A DNA stretch of 64,000 nt from Camelus ferus (GCF_009834535.1 NC_045705.1:62806001-62870000); one strand, 5' to 3'; positions 1-15,275 are shown, counted from the first letter of the stretch. The notes: generated by a model not told the origin, from the letters alone. Made by a program: numbers and translations.

Positions 1-200
1 TTTCTAATCTGGCAGTCCATGGATGGATTTCAAAGAAGCAGTTTGGAAATTAACGTAAAATGTTTACATGCATTTCTCTGCGGAGAAGGTCCAAAATTCT
101 CATATTCTAGAAGGGATCAAGTGCATTAGACTATGACCTATTTGAAGGCAGAAGCTGGGTCTTGTTCATCATTGTATTCACAGCACCTTGCACAGTATAC

Positions 201-337
201 TTGTTTTTTTGGTTTTTTTTTTTAACATTTTTTATTGATTTATAATCATTTTACAATGTTGTGTCAAATTCTAGTGTTCAGCACAATTTTTCAGTCATAC
301 ATGGACATATACACACTCATCATCACATTTTTTTTTC
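201..337 (-). mobile_element. 5'-truncated L1 3' end with target-site duplication
   Basis: T-rich tail followed by TTTATTGATTTATAATCATTTTACAATGTTGTGTC; flanked by CACAGTATAC at 191-200 and 338-347. Confidence 0.75.
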
Positions 338-378
338 CACAGTATACGTGTTGAATGAACATTTAGGACAAAGAGCTA

Positions 379-642
<264 letters not shown>

Positions 643-1244
643 CTAGAATAAAATCAACAGCGTGAAAGACATTAGAATGAACTTCACGTGGGATCCAGAC
701 ACTGTCCTACCCACTTCTCAGACATGTGCTGAGAAAAATCACAACTGCAGCCATGATTCCCAAAGCAGCTCTCCATTTCAAATCCTCAATCACACTCAAC
801 AAATGTTCCTAAATCTACGAAGTTTGTGACTATTTATCACATCCCTACAGTCAGAAAAGTCTAATTTATCTTGCAGGTGTCTGCTCCACATGATCATTTC
901 AATCCCAACAGTTCCAGTCTGCTCAAAATAGCTAGAGACCGCTCAACTAAAATTCACTGCATCGCTCTTAACAATACTTTTTTGGAACCCCCTCCCATAA
1001 CTGAACATCAGTCTTAGATTAACCTTTAATTCTACACTTTATCCTTTGTTTCTCTTCCTTTTAATACTTGAGGTAGTGTCCCACTGCTTGTAAGATTCTC
1101 TACAATCTACTCATTCTAAAACCAACTTCCATAGTAGCACTGAGCATTTGTTGTTGCTCGGTAATTCCCAGTTGCAGTGTGGGACCACACATCTGGGGTC
1201 ACTAGGCTTCTAGGAGAATGTAGCAGAGTAGGGACAAGGCCTAC

Positions 1245-1403
1245 CTCCCCAAGGAGTTCCACACGGAGATCCTTGAGGGTAACAGTGCCATCCATCTGTT
1301 CCTCCTTCTCCAAAAGCAGCATGAAGAGCCGTCCTTCCATGTCTCCCAGCAGATAGCGGGAACCATTTGGGTCCACACGATTGTGACACACAATTGTGCT
1401 TTG
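1245..1403 (-). CDS. DDB1: DDB1 exon 7
   Basis: [15 protein letters not shown]...ELLGE; GCAG/GTAGG; 159 nt. Confidence 0.98.
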
Positions 1404-2226
1404 CTGCCAAGAGAGAAGATACAGTCATTAGAGATTAAGTGTCTTCCACAACCAGAGTTCAAATCCTAGAGGACCACTTCCTTTTCCAAACCCAGCCACT
1501 TCATGAGCAAGGTATCCACACAGTTCACATTACATGTATGACTGAAAATGGGGACACTTTTATTTTGAAGACAATGTTCTAAGGAGCTCAATATACCTGA
1601 AATGCTTATTTACGTATTATTCTACAAAAAAACAGAAATAGACAGAATAGGAAGCAGCTGTAGGTATTCACTGGACTGTGGATACTACCACAGATTTTGT
1701 TTTTATCCTCACTATCACTAACTACCTCTGATCATGAATGTCACTATAGATTTTCTTATTTATTTTCAGAAAAGAAAATAAAATTAAGCTTTTATGGTGT
1801 ATTTTTATAACTTGAAATTTTAAAGCTTGAAATTTTTATGGCTAATTTTTTAAGTCTATATATATTTTTTTCACTATATTACTTTACATGACTTAAGCTC
1901 TGAAAACATTGACATTCAATAGAATTGTGAAATTTTTCCCTTCTTAAAGTTGCCCCAGACAGCAGAAAGGGTAAACCAACTTTGATTATCATTTCTCTTC
2001 CTTAGCAAGGAAGCAAGCTCTTTGTAAGAAAATCAAACCAATCCCTCTTTGTATTCCCACTGACCAACAAAGTATCTTATATACATAGTGAATAACTTAG
2101 TGACAGACAACTGTGAATCTCCTTTTGACAAATGGAGAGAAAGGGCGGGGGGGGGGGTCGGGGGAGGGCAGGGGTCAGGGGGCAGTAAGAACAAGGGAAG
2201 AAAAAAAAGAAAAGAATGCTGCTCAC

Positions 2227-2324
2227 CTTAATGATAGGAGGGGCAATCGCCAGGTATTTGTCACCATTGTGATAGGTGATCGATTCCTGTCCAATGATGA
2301 TGGCGCCTCCAAAGGGCTCTGGGA
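2227..2324 (-). CDS. DDB1: DDB1 exon 6
   Basis: [14 protein letters not shown]...PPIIK; GCAG/GTGAG; 98 nt. Confidence 0.98.
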
Positions 2325-3153
2325 CTGCAGGAGAAAGAGCGGCGTTAGAATGCTCAGCATCTGGGATTTGCAAAACCCTGAGGCAGCAAGGGCACTGATC
2401 AGTTATCTCTGAGGCAAACTTTAAGATGATCATTATTTTAGACATCAAAGTCCAGGGAACATGATAGCCCTTTTCTGAGATTCCAGTCTTAGAAATTTTA
2501 GGCTGCTCATCCTCCACTCCTGGGAATATTTTTATTGCCATTCTTTCAATGTTTCTGAGACTCAAGGTGTGGGCAGTCTTCCCAGTGTTTTTCCATACGC
2601 ATTCTTCCCATTTCTCTTCTAAACTTCAGATCCTTTCTAACTAAAAGCTTTTACTTTTTCCCCTTGTTCCTTAGCTTAATTTCCCCCATTTCAGGGCTAC
2701 CATATAGAAGAGCTAATTAAAGAGTTTTAAACTTCCCTACTGTTACCTACTAGGTGAGACACACAACAGCATTAGGGGAAGAAAACAGGACAGAGAGCAA
2801 AGAGGTCTGGATTTCAGCCCAGGCTCTGTCAGTGAGGTACAGGTATATGGGCAAGTCCCTTGGTCCTGTTTTCCTCATTTATGAAATAAAGGAGCCAGAT
2901 AAGATAAGCTCTACTGGTCCTTTTCAGATTTTAAAAATTTTACATGCAAACATAAAATAATGAAACTAATTTCCATATGTCACTCTGCAAATTAACCTCA
3001 CTGTTTTATGGTTAACCCCTCTACCGCAAATAAAGCTATACTTTTTGGGAAGAGTAAAAAACAAGACAACCCAAAGATAGAAATGCAAAAAGCAAAGGAA
3101 AGCACGTTTACAGACAGGAGACATGAGGGAGTGCTAAAGAATGCATGTGCTCA

Positions 3154-3375
<222 letters not shown>

Positions 3376-3654
3376 CTAGATGGGGAAAGGTGAAATGGTT
3401 AACCCCCAGGAAGGGTGAACCCTGGAGGGGGCCTGAAAGGAACAGGTTACCAGCATCCAGCATCTGGCACTCCTGCCACGCCAGCCTTCCCATCTTTATC
3501 CATCAGCATGCCGACAGCCCCCAGATGAGCCTCTTATGGTCTGGGGAGACTGCGACTGAGACCAAAGGCTTCTAGCAACTGAATCAACCAAGGCTTAAAA
3601 ATTAGAAAGGTAAACTTGTCACACTGCATGAACCACTACAGAGACGTAACGTAC

Positions 3655-3745
3655 ATATGTGTACATTTGTGTGTTTGTATGTGTATGTATAGGATATACA
3701 TGTATATGTGTGTGTGTGTATATATATATAAACATATATATATTC
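3655..3745. repeat. Degenerate (TG)n/(TA)n microsatellite
   Basis: gtacatatgtgtacatttgtgtg...tatatatataaacatatatata seen directly. Confidence 0.8.
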
Positions 3746-5119
3746 GATACTCCTTGTCTTCAATGAACTTACAAACAGCTAAAGAGAAAAACACATGAGA
3801 AGTTACATACATGTAACAAAAATTTCAAATTTGTTTCATACAATTCTCAGAAGCATTCTGGTGGGGTGACAGTAGAGAGAAGAGAGCCTGCTGCTCCTCT
3901 GAACTTAGTCGAAACCTCCAGTCCTGCCCCTGTCAACACCATCCCCTGCCCTCCCACCCTTTCTGAATCACGACTCACTTCAGTCCTGGAACTGTCAAAG
4001 TCACCTTTAAGAGACTAAAAGAGCCGGCATGGCCCCAGGGGACGGCCTCATCAAAGGCCACACCAGGGTCTAAGAATTTATGGAAGGAATCTGACAGTGG
4101 GTTTCAGGTCAGGGCCCGCATCTTAATCACTGTTACAACTCCTGAAGCACTCTGCATGACTACCTTGCAAAACATGGTGTTTTTCAAGTTGACTTTAGTG
4201 AACAAAACAGGAGAAAAACTGATTTTTAGTTGAGGAAAGGTTTTCCCATCAGTGATTATGGGTAAGACTCAACTTCACCATAAATTTGGATCTGGGCCTC
4301 TGAGACATACATAAGGAAATAAGATCCTTCACGACCAGGAGCCCTGAGGCTGCCCACAGTCAGTCTTGAAACATCGACATCAGTGTTTGAATGACCTGAT
4401 ATTTACAGAACTAAAGAAGGGAGAGAAATTCTAACTTTTTATTTCTGATATTGGTATTGTAAAAAAGATTAACACAGCTATCAAAGTGTTCATATGTCCA
4501 CATACAGTAGTTGGACTAAGTTTCCTTCCATTATTTATTCAACTACATGCTAGTGAAATAACCTCATGCTGTAAGGCCCTTTGTTCAAAGGCTGAAATTT
4601 TATCAAGATATGAGCTCTGCCACCCTGCTCCACCCCCCTTAACATATCTGGCCTAGTGAACAGCTGCCCAGGATCAGTTCTGCTAAAGTCTGAGGCACAG
4701 ACTGAAATAGAAGTCAAGAGCCAGCAGTCACCAGAAAGTGAGTGCTCATCAACAAAACGCACTTCTGGGAAGACATATAAAGCACACTCAAGACATTTTC
4801 TCGTTGCTTGTAAAGGCAATTTCCAAATCATTTCTCTACAGCTAAGTTTTAATAATCCTCTGGCATGCTAGTAAGAGACAAAGTATAAACTGGGTCACCC
4901 TATAAAATCTCCAAGGCCCACAACCAGAGTGTAATCTCAGGATTAAAACCTGCTACAAGCCCCAGACTGCTTCCTGCCTCCACAGTAAGTACTACTGCGC
5001 TCAAGATGCAACCAAAATCTGACACATATTAATTATATCATTCAAAACACTTTAGGCTAACAAATACATTCAACACTTCTGCCTACCCTACCACGAAATC
5101 CAGACATTCTGATTAGTCA

Positions 5120-5455
<336 letters not shown>

Positions 5456-5716
5456 TTAGGAGTGGTACTAAAACTAGTGGCATCTTTTTGACATGCCAGG
5501 AAGCCCAAATGTCAGCCCATGCCTTTTTGCAAAACACTGAATCTCAATGAATTATTACCTTGTCCCCTGGACTCTGAGTAAACTACAGAAGTCCTTAGTG
5601 TTTTCTTGTTTCTCTGATCATGTAGAGAGAGAGCTGCCCCAGCACTTTAATTTTCTTCACCAAATCATGACAACCCTACCTGGAAAACTCTCATCAGGCG
5701 GAAGCAGCCACCTCAC

Positions 5717-5833
5717 CTGGACATTGCCATGGGCTCGAGTTATGATGTCAATGCTCTCGCCACTCTGTTTATACTCCAAAATGCAGGCATTGTACTTAGC
5801 TGTCAGGATAAACAGTAGGTCCTTGCTCTCCCC
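5717..5833 (-). CDS. DDB1: DDB1 exon 3
   Basis: [17 protein letters not shown]...HGNVQ; CCAG/GTGAG; 117 nt. Not in the ORF track. Confidence 0.98.
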
Positions 5834-6384
5834 CTGGAAACCAACATTTTATTATCAAAAGAGATTCCTTTTTGAAAACAAGAATAACTGTCCAGCCCTT
5901 AATCATTTCTTTAAGTATGCTAAGTTCTTCAAGAATTTTCTTTTCTCCCTGAAGAAAAAATCCACGGTGAATATGCAACACACATTAGTTATACACCCCG
6001 CCTAAGGGTGTGTACAGAAGGCCAGAACTGAAGCTGGTAAACATCTGGTCCACTTTCTCGAGTCTCCATCTCTCTGCTCTACAAACACGGTATTAGTCTA
6101 GTTCCACCTCCTCTAATCCCAGTTATTCCATTCAGATTTCAGAAGATGAATGTAGTAACACCTCCCCTAATCCCCTCCAAGCACTTGGAAAGAGAGAAAA
6201 AAAATGTGAACAATGGAAGCTCAAACAGATCTACAAAGTCCTTCTCATTAACACAAATTCCAACAAAGTGAGTACTTTGTTCAAAGGCTTAAAATTAAAA
6301 TTTTGAACCCATTGCTTTCTTGTCAGATTCAGTTAAAGACATAATGAAGCAATGTGGTGATTATTTAGATGAAAACACCTGAAT

Positions 6385-6600
6385 TACAATAACGATAATA
6401 ATAATGTGATAAGTCTTAACAGTGAATGCTTGTTATACGCTAAATCCTGTGTTATTAAATCACTTAATCTTCACAATAACAGAGAGATACTATCACTCCA
6501 TTTTGCAGATGGAAAAATAAGGCTCTGAAAGGCTACATGACACCAAAAGTTGGATTTTATAAGGAATGAAACCAGGACTGCCCTAACTCTAGACCCTACT
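6385..6600 (-). mobile_element. MIR SINE
   Basis: cttcacaataac...ccattttgcagatggaaaaataaggct is an antisense MIR core. Confidence 0.65.
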
Positions 6601-6859
6601 CTCTGAATCACAATGATGACCCACAGCATGGTGACCCACATTCCAAACTGCTTTAATATTCCTTTCTAAAGAAGTCAACTTGATAAATTTTTCCCTAGCG
6701 AATCCCTCCTGCTACTTCTTGGATGCCTGTTAAATAAGAATGTAAACTGAAATCTGCCATTCAAGAACAGAAGTCCTAAGTCCTACTGCTCCTTCTTTCC
6801 TAAGTTCTACTGCACCCATTGCAAGCAAGCAATGACATGAAACAGCGTAAACCCAATTA

Positions 6860-7108
<249 letters not shown>

Positions 7109-8213
7109 CTAACACTTATACCTAAAACCTCTATTCACTCCGTTCTCACCAAATCCAGCACCTCAAAGAGTCTTACTTCATACATTCGGGAAAGCTCCTT
7201 CCCTAATCAAACTAAAAAAAGTGGACTGGGCCTAAGAGCAGCATGCCCTTCAACTGACAATGACTGTGAAAACCCTTCAGATGGCTCTGTGCCCTCGAAT
7301 TTCACTTTTCCTATTGCAATGGCAGACTTGTCCTCTAATTAGGAAAAGCTGGAGAAAGTGTTCATCTCTATTCAGTCCTTATCTGAATTTTCACAACATT
7401 TTTACCAAACAGACCAGGTTAAATGAAGAAAATTCTCAGAGCTTTATAGTAAAACATTGTTTTGTCCGCACCTCTTGCCCTCCCAGCCGTCTACCAATGC
7501 CCCATCCACACTCTTTCACTGCCTCCAACTCTGCCAACAACAGTTTTCTTTTAGAATCATGATTAGGATTTACATAATCATGTAAGTTTGAAGTCTTCAT
7601 ATTCTGCTTAAAACTTGGTACAAGATGATTATTCCCGGGCTCTGGACATTTGTGTCCTTAACAATTCTTGCATAAACAAACAAGGCAAACCCAGCACTGG
7701 GCCGGGCCATTCCAAACCCTCTCCTCCAGCAGCTCGCTCTTGTAAACAACAGCCTCAGGCAAAGCAGACTCCTCTCTTTCGGGTGAGTGCAGACATTTCT
7801 CACATCCCTCCACCTCCTGCATCTCCCAGGCTCTTCTTACATGAAAATTCTTGCCCCAAAGTCGCCATCACCACCGCCTCTTCCCCGACCAACGAGGCCA
7901 ATCTCGCGACCCAAGCAACAGCGAACAATCAACTCACACTCCACTCTCTGTCCCACTTGGCCCGTCCCTGTCCTCGAGGCTAAGTGACCTCCAAGAACGA
8001 AAGGGGACCCTCAAGCTCAGCTTTTACTCCCCAAAAGGCGCGTGTTGAGTCAGCTTCTTTAAAGTCGTGGGCTGCGGGAAGTTTCTCGGCCGCCTGCGCC
8101 TTCCATTCCCCGGGCCCGGTCCTCCCCGGCGGCCTGGGGGCCGCGGGCCTCCCTAGGCCTCGGTTTCCACCAGCTCCCTCCCTCGCCGGGGTCTCCTGCC
8201 CTGGCAGCCTCAC

Positions 8214-8274
8214 CGGTCACGCAGCCATTCACGGCGGTGGGCTTCTGCGCCGTTACCACGTAGTTGTACGACAT
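8214..8274 (-). CDS. DDB1: DDB1 coding exon 1
   Basis: ATG at 8274, [21 protein letters not shown], donor GTGAG; 61 nt. Confidence 0.98.
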
Positions 8275-8529
8275 GTCGAGGCCTGGGGCGGCCCAGCGGG
8301 ACACAAGCTCAACGATAGAGAGATGTACACGAAGAGACAGGGGGCCCCCACCCGCGCGCGGCGAACTCCACTGCCTCTGCCTCCGCCCCAGATACACGTT
8401 GCAGGCCAGAGCGGCCTAGGCGCAGGGCATCACGGGACAGCCTCATTTGGCCTCTTGGAGGACTCAAGGAGCCGGAAGCGGCCAACCAAAAGAGGCCCCG
8501 CCCCCTTAAGGCTCCGCCCACCCCTATAG

Positions 8530-8610
8530 AGCCTGGAGTACCCGGATGAGGGCACCCCGTTGTGGGGCCTTTGGGAGGCAGCGGCGGTTAACGAGGTGGC
8601 TGATGCAGGC
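8530..8610 (+). other. TKFC: Candidate TKFC non-coding exon 1 (start approximate)
   Basis: Donor GC|GTGAGC at 8610/8611 inside the CpG island. Other donors near 8767 and 8796 are possible. Confidence 0.4.
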
Positions 8611-10090
8611 GTGAGCGAGCAGTGGAGGTACACCGACACCCCCTCCTGCCTCGGAGCTGAGCCGCCGACCTCATCCCTAGTCCGCGCCCCTCGCCCTTCC
8701 CCAGACTGTCCACTCCCGGTTCCTTGCTCCAGGAGCCCACTGGGCTGTTCTCTTGGAACGGGAAGGTATTGAAGAGGCCTAGAGAGGGGAGGAAGGTAAC
8801 ATCAATTTGTGCACCTCCCAGACTAGAACCAAGGTCCGTGCCTCCCTCCGCCTAGCCCTCCCCGTACCTCTAACCCAGCCGGTACCCTGCCCTGACCCTA
8901 GAATGACCAATCACTCCGCCTCATCTGGCGGGTGGAGGGGGAGGGTGGAGGCACTTGGACGCTCACCTCGCGCCTTCGCGCTGTATTCAGTAGGCCCAGG
9001 AGGCCACTTGCCCAGCATTTTTAGTGCCCCCGTGGCTGTGTAAATTCTGACCTCAAGCAGAACACCAGAATTTTCCTAGTGAGAACCTTAGTGACCTGGG
9101 AAAGCAAGTCACTGAGCCCTGCAACTTCCAAGCAGCTGACAGGCCCTGCAAGGAGTACTAAGCAGAGTGGCTTGGAGCACCCGTCTGCAAGACCACAGAG
9201 GAGGCAACCCATTTTACAGAGGAGAAAGCTGAGGCACAGGGGAATTCGTTTACCTAAGATCCCCCAGTAAGTCAGAGGTAGAGCTGGGTGCTGAGACAGG
9301 CATAGATTTTTCCCATGGCAGACACATGCTGTGAGCCCAAGACCCTGGATGACGGTGAGACACCTCTGAACCTGGCTGAACTGAAGGGGACTAAAATATC
9401 ATTGTGGTTTACGTGTGTGGTTTCCCAAACCAGGGACTTTCTGGTTTGACTTTGGAGGCTTTGAGTTATCAATAGAAAGAACACAGGCTTTGTAGAAAGA
9501 CTAAATGTGAGTTTGAGTTCTGGTGCCTACCAATTGGCCTCGGACACATCACTAGGATTCTCTGGGTCAGTTTCCCAGAAACAAAATGGAGTCACAGACT
9601 CTGCTGCCTCCTTCCTGGTGTGGTGCCAACAGCAACATGAGCAAATGTGTGAAGATCTTTATGAACACATTTGCTGCATGTGATGCCCATGTAATAGATG
9701 AAGTTACTCTGTAGGTAGTTTTGCACCTTGGTGATAAGGTGGGCACTACTGAGTGTAAGGCAGCCCTGTGCCCAACACAAATTGATCAGTGTTCTGGCTG
9801 CCAGGTGTAGGCCTGAACCTTGGTTAGCCCCATGCTCTTCTCCATCCCCAGCCCACGTTCTAGAGTTTGGACTTGGATCAAAGTCTGGAGCAGCTCCCTA
9901 ATTACTAGGGCCCTGGAAGCATGATTGTGCCTGGGCTTGAGTGCTTCAGCAGCTCATGCTGTTACCTCCTTCTGCAGGTACTGCTTGCCACGTTCATTGT
10001 GCTCAGGCCCAGTAGCACCCACAGGATCGCCTATCCTCCGGCAGCTCAGTGGGAAGGTGTGAGCTCAGCTTCCTGCAGAGCCTCCCCACC

Positions 10091-10093
10091 ATG
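10091..10093 (+). CDS. TKFC: TKFC exon 2 coding part (ATG only; exon 9978-10093)
   Basis: CCACC ATG|GTGAGT: strong Kozak and donor, in phase with the next exon (TSKKLV). Confidence 0.92.
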
Positions 10094-11232
10094 GTGAGTC
10101 CCATGGGAGCCAGGGCAGAGAAAGGGCACCATGGTCTTGAGGCAGTAGGAGTGCTAGCCCTGGACATGCTGGAGTTCCTTGCTCCCTGACCAAGAGATGC
10201 TGCTGCCTCCTGAGGTTAAGAGAGGGTCATCCTGCCTCTCAAGGCCTGACTTCCCTTCATTTCTCAGCTGGGCCAAGCCAGGCCTGGCTGCAGCCTCTGA
10301 GTCCCTCCAGGGCCCATCTGTCCCTGCTCTGGGTCATGCATTTTGATTCAGACATTAACAGCTACCTATTCTGTAATAGATAGTACCAGTCACAGGAGTT
10401 ATAAGGAAGGACCTGGTGCCTCTTCCTGAGCCTTGGGCATGTGTGGGCTAGTGGGATCTATACTGTGGGAGGCTCAGCATGTGCCCAGGCAGACCTGGGT
10501 TCAAATTTCAGCCTATTACCAACCAGCTGTGTGACATTTTACCAAAGACTTGACCTCTTTGAGCCTCTGTCCTCATGTGCAATATAACGCAGATTAAGCA
10601 GTGAGGTGCTGATCAGATCAAAGTCCTCGGGGCCTCACATAGTTACCTAGTCAACTTTACTTTCTTTTTCCATCCCCTCAGGCCACAAGGAAACAGAGAT
10701 GGCCCTGGTCCCCAAGCCCTCCTCTGGCTCTAGTTTGGGAATGGTTGCAAATCCCAAACAGGACAGACTGTCAAGGGTGGCAAGGGGGCACATTCTTGAA
10801 GGGTGGTGACACTGGAGGCTGTGCTTGGAATTGAGACCAGTTCACAAATTCATTGCATATTACAGTCCCTGGCAGTTTCTGAGAGCCACAAGCCCGTGCC
10901 CTTCCTGGGGCAAGACCTCAGTCTCCCTTCAGCCCCTAGGGAAAGCAGCATGATGAGGCCAGAATGGAACCAGCTTTGGAGCCAGCTAGACCTGGACACA
11001 TGCTGACTGTGTGACCTTGGGCAAAGTCATTTAACTGTGACTTGGTTTCCTTCCATAGGGTTGTTGGAAGATTAAATGAGATGTGCTTAAAAGCACTGAG
11101 AACGAGACCTGGCTCTCAGTCACTGTTCTGGTCCCTGCCAGACCCAGAAAAGGCCAAAGTTTGCAGGAAGGAACCGGGTGCTGGCAGGCTTCAGAGAGGA
11201 GCCTTGGGGAAGTCTCAGCTGCAGGCGGCCTT

Positions 11233-11251
11233 TGGCCACCAGGCGGCATTG
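11233..11251 (+). promoter_or_regulatory. CTCF motif candidate (TKFC intron 2)
   Basis: TGGCCACCAGGCGGCATTG versus consensus TGGCCACCAGGGGGCGCTA. Confidence 0.5.
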
Positions 11252-12392
11252 GGAGCCCAGCCCTCGCGGACCTTATTGGGCACCAGTTTCATTCTCTTTG
11301 GACAAAGGCAGGAGCTGCACACTGCCTGCAAACCTTGTTCAGCTAGTCTCAGCTTTTCAGAGCTTGCTTGAAGTAGGGAGTAGCTCCCTTTGATTCAATT
11401 TTTAGTATATAACAGGCATATACTCTAATTTATTAAATCCCCATTTGGCAGAGGAATACTTAAAGCTCAGAACAGTGAGGTATCCTCATTGAGTTCTCAC
11501 AGCCAATGAGAGGTAGATGTGGAATTTGAGCCTAAGTGCCCATGACTGCAGAACCCAAGCTAGCCTCCCACCCCCAACCCTTGTGCTGCTTCCCTCTGCT
11601 GCCCCCCCCACCCCCAGCTTTGTCAGCTAGCTGTAACTCTCAGGCCAGCCTGCCCACAGCTCTCCCACCTGAGGCTCCCCATGGCCAAGTTCCTCCTTTG
11701 GTTTGTGAGACCCTGCCCATTGCTCCCTGGTGATCACGTGACTGACTGCTCCAGTCTTTCTAACTCACTTCCCTCACCATACTATTTCACACCTCCAGAC
11801 CTCAGCATTTACTCTCCCTCTGCCTGGAAATATCTCCCTTTCCCTCTCCCCATGCCTCTCACTCCCTTTTACCTACCCAACTCCTACTTACCCTTCACGG
11901 ACCCTTCCAGGATCCGTTAAGGAAGCTGGGGTCCCCCCTCCCTGTGCCCCCGGCACTCGCGCATTCCTCTTGGGTAGCACTTCCCACAGCATTTGGAAGT
12001 CTTTGTGTTTCCATGGAGGCAGGACCAGTGTTTGTTCTCTCTTTACACGAAGTGTCTAGCACTGGGCCTGGCACATCATGAGGCTCAGGAAGTGTTTGCC
12101 CTGCATCACAGCCCAGTCGGAACAGCAGATGGGTGTGAGGCCTGTCTGGCCCCCTCCCCTAGCAGAAGAGCCTCAGCCTGGGGCTTCTCCTTTGACAGAA
12201 AGCTCTTGGGCTCCAATTTTATTATTTTTTAAATTATATTCAGGACTCCAGTTCCCCCATTTTCTTTGTATTGAAGCCATTTTTCAGGAAAAATATAAGC
12301 TATAGTCCAAAACACTCCATGAACTAGTCATTGAATAAGTCACAAATTAGAAGTCACAGAAATATCCCCTAATATAATGATCCCTAACCTAA

Positions 12393-12785
<393 letters not shown>

Positions 12786-13229
12786 TAAAGAGGTTCAGGA
12801 CAGAGCCCAGCCCACAGTCAGGAGCCCGGTCCAAGCTCCAGCTCTCCCACTCACTTGGGCTGTGATCTAGGGCCAGTCACAGCCTCTCTCTGTGCCTCTG
12901 CGTCTACACCTGTAAAAGCACAATTTTGGACAAAATGATCTCTCAGGTCCTTCCAACTCTGAGAGTCAGTGATTCCATCAATCCCTCTGGCCTTCCAGGC
13001 CCAGCTGGCCTGTCGTGTCCTTCTCTGTGAAGCCTTCCTGACTTTTCCAGCCTAGAGCAGTATCCCTCTTCTGAATTCCCACTCTGCATTCTCACATCCA
13101 ACATGGACAGTCCTGGATTGTTTCCTGGATTGTTCAGTGCCAGGCATGTGAGCTCTCCCTGAGCACTCCTAAGGGACAGAGACCAGGCTTTGTATCCTCT
13201 GTATCTTTCCTGACTCCCATTAGCAAATC

Positions 13230-13420
13230 CATCTATCCATTCAGCAAACATCAATAAGCACCTCTTCTGTGCCTGGCACTATTCTGGCCACTAGAGGCGC
13301 AACAGTGAACCAGACAGACGAGGTACCTGCCCTCATGGAGCTTCTGTTCTTCTCCAGGGAGAAGACAGTAACCAGTAAACATGTAAGTGAAAGAGATCAT
13401 TCCAGAGCATGTAAGTGAGG
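13230..13420 (-). mobile_element. L2 LINE 3' end
   Basis: cattcagcaaacatcaataagcacct...tgtgcctggcact...cctgccctcatggagctt is a typical antisense L2 terminus. Confidence 0.65.
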
Positions 13421-13575
13421 TAGTGAGGACAGGAGAGCAGGGTAAAGGAGCAGCAAGTCACTGCAGGTGGGGTGAGTGACTGCTTTGTTTGGGAGGCCAG
13501 GGAATGGCTCTCCGAGGACATGAAAGCTCTGCGGAGAGTGACCCAGGTGCTCTTCTAGCACCAGGCACACAGTAG

Positions 13576-14168
<593 letters not shown>

Positions 14169-15275
14169 TGATCCAGGATGGCCCACCATCCCCACGGCTA
14201 CCTAAGCCAGGATACAGACATTCATTCTCCCAGACCCTTCCCTTCCCTCCCAACTCTAGACCGTTGCCCCTTTTAAACACACATCTTCCTCCAAGCCCTG
14301 CCCTTCCTGTCTGTCTTGCTTCAGTGCTGTCTGCTGGTGCCCACGTGGCTGCCTCCTCACCGGCCTCCCCTGCCTGCTTCCTGTACCCACCCCCACCCCA
14401 GTCTCTTCACTACGCTACCCCAGAGATGTCTTTCAAAAATGTGTATCTGACCAGGTGGGTCGCCTGCTGAAAGCCCTCCAGGGTTCCTGGAGTCAGCCCA
14501 GGCTCCTGGGTCAGGCACCCACCACTCACTTGCCCCTCCTCCCTGACTTCCCATGTTCCTCTCCCATCATCCCTGCAATCCCCTCACGGTCCATTGACAC
14601 CAGTTCTCTGTACCACTGGGCTGTGGCTCACCTTTGGGGCTTTGGTGCTACTGAATCGATGGCCCTGAAAATTCTCTCCCTGTCCAACCCCTCTTTGGCC
14701 GGGCTAACTCCTACTGTTCTGTGGAGGCCCACCTCTGATGTCTCTCCTTCTGGGAGGTTTTTCCCTCCCACCACGCCAAGCTGGTTAGGAGTCCCTCCGT
14801 AGTCCTCCCACAACACCCTCTCATGAACTCCCTCATCGGATGTGCCATCTCACGTGAAATGTTCAGTTTGTATGGGTCTGCTTCCCCAGTCCCTCCCCAG
14901 ACTGAGTTCCTCCATGACTTAGTCACCATTTTTTCCCTTTTTAGCAAGTACTAGATACTTGGCCAAAAGTGGGTGGGTGGTGGGTGAGCCACAGTGTATA
15001 TACCATGAAGAAAGAACTCTAGGAACTGGGAAACTAGCCACCAACTGGACAAGTCACCTCCCCTCTCAGGGCCCAGTTCTCCATTTGTAAAGTTCCTCTG
15101 GCTCTGGGATTCCTGAAGATCCCTGGCAGGTGCCCTAAATCTGGCAGGCTAGGTTGATGTGGTGGTACTAAGAGATTCTCTGTTCCCAACTAGAAACTCA
15201 GCCCCAGCCTACCTTCTACCCACTCGTGGTACAGTGACTCCTTCCCTCCGGGGGCCTATCTCTGTGTGGGCGCAG

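Larger units (their letters stand above)
7850..8960. promoter_or_regulatory. CpG island / bidirectional DDB1-TKFC promoter
   Basis: High GC and CpG density; GC boxes CCGCCC near 8384 and 8514; CCAAT at 8906; two head-to-head genes. Confidence 0.9.

Noticed and set aside
7980-8772. Overlapping long ORFs in the DDB1-TKFC CpG island
   Set aside because: GC-rich DNA is poor in stop codons; only the DDB1 exon 1 segment is recognisable.
13284-13302. CTCF motif TGGCCACTAGAGGCGC
   Set aside because: One G short in the core, which shifts the conserved GGC; it also lies in an L2 remnant.
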